NCBI GenBank assembly: GCA_963828735.1
Contig: CAWHFW010000002.1
Location: 512,001-576,000 of the forward strand
Origin: an uncultured Gemmatimonadales bacterium
GTDB taxonomy: Bacteria; Gemmatimonadota; Gemmatimonadetes; Gemmatimonadales; GWC2-71-9
Length of the DNA: 64,000 nucleotides
Direction of reading: 5' to 3'
Position numbers and translations under genes: made by a program. Under the pieces are notes generated by a model that saw nothing but the letters and a program-made list of their open reading frames with translations, had not been told where the DNA came from and made no database searches. This document shows positions 59,371 to 64,000 of the stretch, one piece after another. Positions within the stretch are counted from its first letter, which is position 1; each line of letters starts with the position of its first letter.

Positions 59371-59850
59371 GCCACATCGGCCATACCGCTCGCGACCTGT
59401 GGCGCGAGACGGGCGGCACCGTCGAGCGTCGCGGGCGGGTCCATTCGCCGTGAGCGGAACGCGACCCCTGAGCCAGCCGCCGGAGAAGGCGACCACGGCG
59501 AAGGACAGCTGATCGGGCGCGCGCCCGGCGGGCCATCCTGGCGCCAAAGTTGGCATTTCGGACCTAATTCCGCCTTGGCGGACGACTTGGTTCCCCACTG
59601 ATCGCGGCCCCAAACCATGAAGACCCCGAAAAGGGGCCGTATTGAGGGCGAGGCGCCGGATAAAGTGTCTCAATCGTCCGAGTTGCGCCCGATGGAACTC
59701 GCTGCAACCTAAACGATCGTCCTCGACACATGGCTCGAGCTCGGCCCGAACCGTAGTCGTGATCGAGTGTTGTCGGTGAGTGAAGCGACCTTCACTAGGT
59801 CCCCGTGCCCGCCGGGCCGGACGACCCTCCGAGTGCACAGCTTCTCAGCC

Positions 59851-59864
59851 TGTACCAAAGTCCA
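59851..59864 (+). promoter_or_regulatory. Regulon box 17 (DcaP-AspT-decarboxylase unit)
   Basis: TGTACCAAAGTCCA, 23-24 nt, TTATCT/TATCTC. Confidence 0.78.
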
Positions 59865-59969
59865 GCATCGCGGTGAGGGAGAGAGGGTTATCTCCTGTCC
59901 GAGGCTGCGGAACCGTTCGCAGCTCAGCGGCTTCTCTCAGCACGACGTGCCCCAACCCTGGCAAGCCAG

Positions 59970-61253
59970 ATGAACCTCATCCCTGCGCAGTATCTCACGA
60001 TGGGCGCACCCCGGGTGGCCCTGGTACCGCCGTCGTCATCGCGCGTCGGAACCGCTCGGCCCTGGCTCATCGTCCTGCTACTCGCCGCCGTCGCCGCGTG
60101 GCCCGTCCGTCCTGTCTCGGCACAGATCATCAAGTGGAGCAGCTCGGACAGCGTGGAGGGAAAGCCCCACTTCGAGGCCTACATCGGTGCCTCGGTCCGC
60201 TTGAATGCGTCACTGGACGACTACGGCCTCCAGGGCAGCTACACGTTCAACCCGGTCAACATCGACACCACGTCCGCTCCCGAGCGCGACGACAACCTGT
60301 TCTCCATCGATCTGAGGCAGACGCGGCTCAAGTTCGGTGGCACGGTGCGCTACGAAAAGTTCGGCGCCGTCGAGGGCTACGTGGAGAGCGATTTCGTCGG
60401 CCCCAGCGGCGCCACGACGCTCCGCCTGCGCAAGGCCTGGGTGAATTTCAAGGGTTGGCGGCTCGGGCAGGAAACGACGACGTTCGGCGTCCAGCAAGGA
60501 TCGGCACCCACCACGGCCGATTTCGACGGTCCGCCGACGACCGTGACGGTTCGGAGCGGCATGTTCCGCTACGCGAAGAAGTTCGAGTCGGGATTTCAGA
60601 TCGTGGCCTCCGCCGAGTCGCCCAAGGTGGACGTCGCCTACCAGGAGTTCGTCGCGCCGGACACCCGGACGACGGATCAGCGGCTTCCCGATCTCGCCGC
60701 CAACGTGTCGAAGGCGGGCGACTGGGGCTACTTCTCGCTGTCCGGGGTGGTGCGGGACATCCGTTTCCGTACGTCGGTCGGCGGAGTGAGCGAGGCGCAG
60801 TCGGCGGTGGGATACGGCGCCAACCTGATGGGCGGTTTTCGCCTCTTCAAGTCCGAGGAGAAGGCCGACGTCCTGTACTACCAGATCATCGCCGGCCAGG
60901 GAATCGGCCGATACCTGGTCTCGCTCTCAGGGCAGAACGCGGATGCCGTGCCCGACCCCGCCACGGGCGACCTGAACGCCGTCCCGGCATACGGCGGCTA
61001 CGCGGCGTACGAGCGCCGCTGGACCCCCCAGTTCTTCAGCACGCTCATCGGCGGCGGCACCATCCTCAAGAATGAGGTCGGGACGACGGTGCAAGATCAG
61101 GCGAAGGACTTCCTGGTCATGTTCAACAGCTTTTACCAGCCCGTCCCGACAATGAAGATCGGGTTCGAGGTCGATTGGGGCCGGAAGGAGACTTTCTCGG
61201 GTATCGAGGCGGAGGCGCTCCGCTACTACCTCATCACCCACTACGACTTCTAG
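59970..61253 (+). CDS. DcaP-like outer membrane porin
   Basis: RQTRL...YVESDF...LRLRKAW...GQ..TTF and PDL motifs; terminal YDF; start uncertain. Confidence 0.78.
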   Translation: MNLIPAQYLTMGAPRVALVPPSSSRVGTARPWLIVLLLAAVAAWPVRPVSAQIIKWSSSDSVEGKPHFEAYIGASVRLNASLDDYGLQGSYTFNPVNIDTTSAPERDDNLFSIDLRQTRLKFGGTVRYEKFGAVEGYVESDFVGPSGATTLRLRKAWVNFKGWRLGQETTTFGVQQGSAPTTADFDGPPTTVTVRSGMFRYAKKFESGFQIVASAESPKVDVAYQEFVAPDTRTTDQRLPDLAANVSKAGDWGYFSLSGVVRDIRFRTSVGGVSEAQSAVGYGANLMGGFRLFKSEEKADVLYYQIIAGQGIGRYLVSLSGQNADAVPDPATGDLNAVPAYGGYAAYERRWTPQFFSTLIGGGTILKNEVGTTVQDQAKDFLVMFNSFYQPVPTMKIGFEVDWGRKETFSGIEAEALRYYLITHYDF

Positions 61254-61264
61254 GGGAGCGCAAC

Positions 61265-62953
61265 ATGTTGATGTGGATAGCCGAGATGCTGCGGAAGTAC
61301 CCTGAGATTGCGATCTACCTGTCTCTCGCCCTCGGGTTCTTCGTCGGAAGTTTCAAGTTCGGCAAGTTTAGCCTGGGCAGCGTGACCGGCGTCCTCCTGA
61401 TGGGCGTGCTGATCGGGCAACTGGAGATCACGATCTCGCCCAACGTGAAATCGGTGTTCTTCCTGATGTTCCTCTTCGCGGTCGGGTACGGCGTCGGCCC
61501 GCAGTTCTTCCGGGGCCTCAAGAGCGACGGTCTTCCCCAGGTCTTTTTCGCGGTGCTGGTCTGCGTGTGCGTCCTCCTCTCCACGTTCGTGGCCGCCAAG
61601 ATCGCGGGCTACAACATCGGCCAGGCTGCGGGGCTTCTCTCCGGCGCGGCCACGATATCGGCCGTGCTCGGCGTCGCCACCGACACGATCAACAATCTCG
61701 GCCTCCCTCCGGACCAGGTGAAGAAGTTGACCGATGCCATGCCGGTGGCATACGCGGTGACCTACCTGTTCGGCACCGCCGGCTCTGCCTGGTTCCTGGC
61801 CTCGATCGGACCGAGGCTCCTGGGAGTGGACCTGGTCAAGGAGTGCAAGGACTACGAGGAGAAGATGGGCGGGGCCGGCGCCGAGGCAGGCGGGCTGTCT
61901 ACCTATCCGATGCTTGCGTTGCGGGCCTATCAGATTCCCACCGGCTCGAAGTTCATCGGTCGGAAGCTCGAGCAGGTGGAGACCGACCTGCGGAAGGGCG
62001 AGCGGCATGTCTGGGCCCAGCGGCTCCGCCGCGGTGGGGCCGTGATGGACGTCGAGCCGAGCCTGGTGGTGGCGGCCGGTGACGTGCTCGCCTTCTCCGG
62101 GCTGCGCGAGGCGCTCCTGGCGAACGTGGCCCACCTGGGCAGCGAGGTGGACGACCGCGAGCTGCTCGACTTCCCGGCGGAGTCGGTGGACGTCGTGGTC
62201 ACCCGGAAGGAGCTCGCGGGGATGACGCTCGGGGAGCTGGCGCAGCGTCATGGCCGGGGTCTGTTCCTGAGCCGGGTGCACCGGGGCGGGCAGGAGATGC
62301 CGCTCAGCGCGGGCCTCAAGATCGATCGCGGCGACGTGCTCCAGATCCTCGGACCGAAAAGCGACATGGCACGCGTGATCGACCTGCTCGGCTACGCCGA
62401 CCGGCCCACCGAGAAGACCGACGTCGTCTTCATGGGCCTGGGCATCGTGTTGGGCGCGCTCGTCGGTGCGCTCAGCTTCAAGGTGGGGGGCGTGCCCCTG
62501 AGCCTCAGCACCAGCGGCGGGGCGCTCATCGCCGGGCTGGTGTGTGGCTACCTGCGCTCGGTGAACCGCGCCTTCGGGCGCATTCCGGAGCCGGCGCTCT
62601 GGGCCTTCAACAACATGGGACTCACGATCTTCATCGCGGTGGTGGGGATCAGCACCGGCCCGGGCTTCGTCAAGGGAATCCAGGAGGCCGGCATCAGTCT
62701 CTTCCTCTGGGGCATCTTCGTGACGCTGATGCCGTTCATCATCAGCATCTACGCGGGCAAGTACATCTTCAAGTTCCACCCGGGCATCCTGCTCGGCGCC
62801 TGTGCCGGCGCCCGTACCACGACCGCGGCGCTGGGCGCGGTCCAGGAAGAGGCGAAGAGCAAGGTCCCCGCGCTCGGCTATACCATCACCTATGCTGTGG
62901 GCAACACGCTCCTGATCGTCTGGGGCGTCGTCATCGTGCTCATGATGAAGTGA
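61265..62953 (+). CDS. aspT: Aspartate:alanine exchanger (AAE/YidE) family antiporter with TrkA-C domains
   Basis: FLFAVGYGVGPQFF, AYAVTYLFGT and GARTTTAALG...PALGYT motifs. Confidence 0.88.
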   Translation: MLMWIAEMLRKYPEIAIYLSLALGFFVGSFKFGKFSLGSVTGVLLMGVLIGQLEITISPNVKSVFFLMFLFAVGYGVGPQFFRGLKSDGLPQVFFAVLVCVCVLLSTFVAAKIAGYNIGQAAGLLSGAATISAVLGVATDTINNLGLPPDQVKKLTDAMPVAYAVTYLFGTAGSAWFLASIGPRLLGVDLVKECKDYEEKMGGAGAEAGGLSTYPMLALRAYQIPTGSKFIGRKLEQVETDLRKGERHVWAQRLRRGGAVMDVEPSLVVAAGDVLAFSGLREALLANVAHLGSEVDDRELLDFPAESVDVVVTRKELAGMTLGELAQRHGRGLFLSRVHRGGQEMPLSAGLKIDRGDVLQILGPKSDMARVIDLLGYADRPTEKTDVVFMGLGIVLGALVGALSFKVGGVPLSLSTSGGALIAGLVCGYLRSVNRAFGRIPEPALWAFNNMGLTIFIAVVGISTGPGFVKGIQEAGISLFLWGIFVTLMPFIISIYAGKYIFKFHPGILLGACAGARTTTAALGAVQEEAKSKVPALGYTITYAVGNTLLIVWGVVIVLMMK

Positions 62954-62967
62954 CCCCTGGAGGAGCA

Positions 62968-64000
62968 ATGACTGTCGCAACTGAAACGTCCAGGAAGACT
63001 TCGGCACGCGCCGAAGCTCCTCGACCCGCCCTCGATCTCGCGGATTTCTTCACCGGGGCCGAGGCACGAGAGGACCGCTGGCAGCGGCTCAACGCCGTCG
63101 CCAAGCGTTTGAGCAGGAAGGGCGCCGGGTCGCCGGCCGAGGCGGCGCGCATCCTGGGCGATCTCGAGCCGCTCGAGGCGTTCTGGGCCTATCCGGGGCG
63201 GCGATCGATCGCGGCGCTGCGAGATCTGCTCGCGCGGGAAGACTACGTGGGCTTCGCCCGCCTCACCGACCGCATCGGCAAGGCCATCCTGCGCGGCACC
63301 TACCGGACCAGCGCGGCGGTCTGGGAGCTGGGCGAGGAGGTGGAGGAACCGGAGGTGTCGATCATCGCGCCCTATCTCGAGGAGGAGCAGCAGCGCCCCT
63401 ACTTCGAGCTGCTTGTGGTGCGCGATGGGGTCCGGGAAGACACCGAGCGCCGCGTTCGGGAGGATATGCGCCGCGCTCGCCGCCCGGAGGATCCCTTCAT
63501 CTACGAGCCGGTCTTGGTCTCGACGTTCGAGGACGCCGTGATCGCCGTGTTGTTCAATCCCAACATCCAGGCCGTGGTCATCTACGATGGCTTCCAGTTC
63601 CGGTCCGCCTCCAACGTACCGGCGCTCGGCACGTTTCTCCAGGATCGGCTCGGCGCGGACGGGAAGGAGCTCCCGGAGGAGGACCACGCGACCGCGCTCG
63701 CTGCCGCGGTCGCCCGCATCCGTCCCGAGCTGGACGTGTACATGCTGACGGACCAGGCAGTCGAGTCGCTGGCGGGAGACCTCGTCACCCGGAACATCCG
63801 GCGGATCTTCTACGACGTCGAGGAGTTCCTGGAGCTTCACCTGGCTATCCTCGATGGCGTCAACGACCGGTACGAGACGCCCTACTTCGACAACCTCAAG
63901 AAATACAGCCGGCGCCCCATCGGCACGTTTCACGCCCTCCCGATCGCTCGGGGAAAGTCGGTGTTTCGGTCCAACTGGATCCGGGACATGGGGCATTTCT
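62968..64000 (+). CDS. Orn/Lys/Arg-family PLP-dependent decarboxylase with long N-terminal region (partial, runs off window end)
   Basis: GGAGG RBS; hand translation gives FWAYPG...RPYFE...FEDA..AVLFN...RPELD...TPYFDNLKKY..RPIGTFHALPIARGKS; frame is open to the window end. Confidence 0.85.
   Translation, partial: MTVATETSRKTSARAEAPRPALDLADFFTGAEAREDRWQRLNAVAKRLSRKGAGSPAEAARILGDLEPLEAFWAYPGRRSIAALRDLLAREDYVGFARLTDRIGKAILRGTYRTSAAVWELGEEVEEPEVSIIAPYLEEEQQRPYFELLVVRDGVREDTERRVREDMRRARRPEDPFIYEPVLVSTFEDAVIAVLFNPNIQAVVIYDGFQFRSASNVPALGTFLQDRLGADGKELPEEDHATALAAAVARIRPELDVYMLTDQAVESLAGDLVTRNIRRIFYDVEEFLELHLAILDGVNDRYETPYFDNLKKYSRRPIGTFHALPIARGKSVFRSNWIRDMGHF

Noticed and set aside
59617..59712. ORF ending ELAAT read as a tmRNA tag
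   Set aside because: It has its own ATG, does not end in the usual LAA-stop, and no tRNA-like ends are visible
30978..59864. Recurring 14-mer read as CRISPR repeats, REP elements or attC sites
   Set aside because: Copies are dispersed, short, degenerate and positioned like promoters; no spacers, cas genes or integrase seen
62890..63996. 368-aa minus-strand ORF at the window end
   Set aside because: Shadow of the plus-strand decarboxylase, which has an RBS and family motifs but no stop inside the window

Overview
High-GC bacterial DNA; the ribosomal-protein extensions and EF-Tu switch-I variant suggest Gemmatimonadota (inference). There are three zones. (1) 1-16 kb: the str/S10/spc ribosomal-protein cluster on the minus strand (rpsL-rpsG, then fusA-tuf-rpsJ...rplO). 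It is interrupted between rpsG and fusA by an oppositely oriented YciI/DGPF + ECF42-type sigma cassette, and fusA has its own promoter and a structured leader. (2) 16-26 kb: ordinary accessory genes on the plus strand: a frameshifted zinc metalloprotease, an ABC exporter, an S1 protease with a BsuPI-like partner, an APC permease and a decayed di-heme peroxidase. (3) 26.3-64 kb: an envelope/stress gene block containing a FixL/FixJ-like two-component system, about 8 outer-membrane barrels, aquaporin, CobW, FGE, GH63, HAD, HdeD-VOC, MarC, a DUF3302/HlyD/OMF module, SulP, PPK2, DcaP, an AspT-type antiporter and a PLP decarboxylase. The main discovery is in zone 3. A 14-bp imperfect palindrome (consensus about TGNACCWWRGTYCA) occurs 16 times, plus 1 degenerate copy, each in or at the edge of an intergenic gap. 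In most copies it lies 23-25 nt upstream of a -10-like hexamer pointing into the next transcription unit, including the sensor kinase itself. This looks like a physically clustered regulon of more than 35 kb under one LuxR/FixJ-type activator. No rRNA, tRNA, CRISPR array or transposase was seen. All family assignments are from motif recognition by eye, not database searches.
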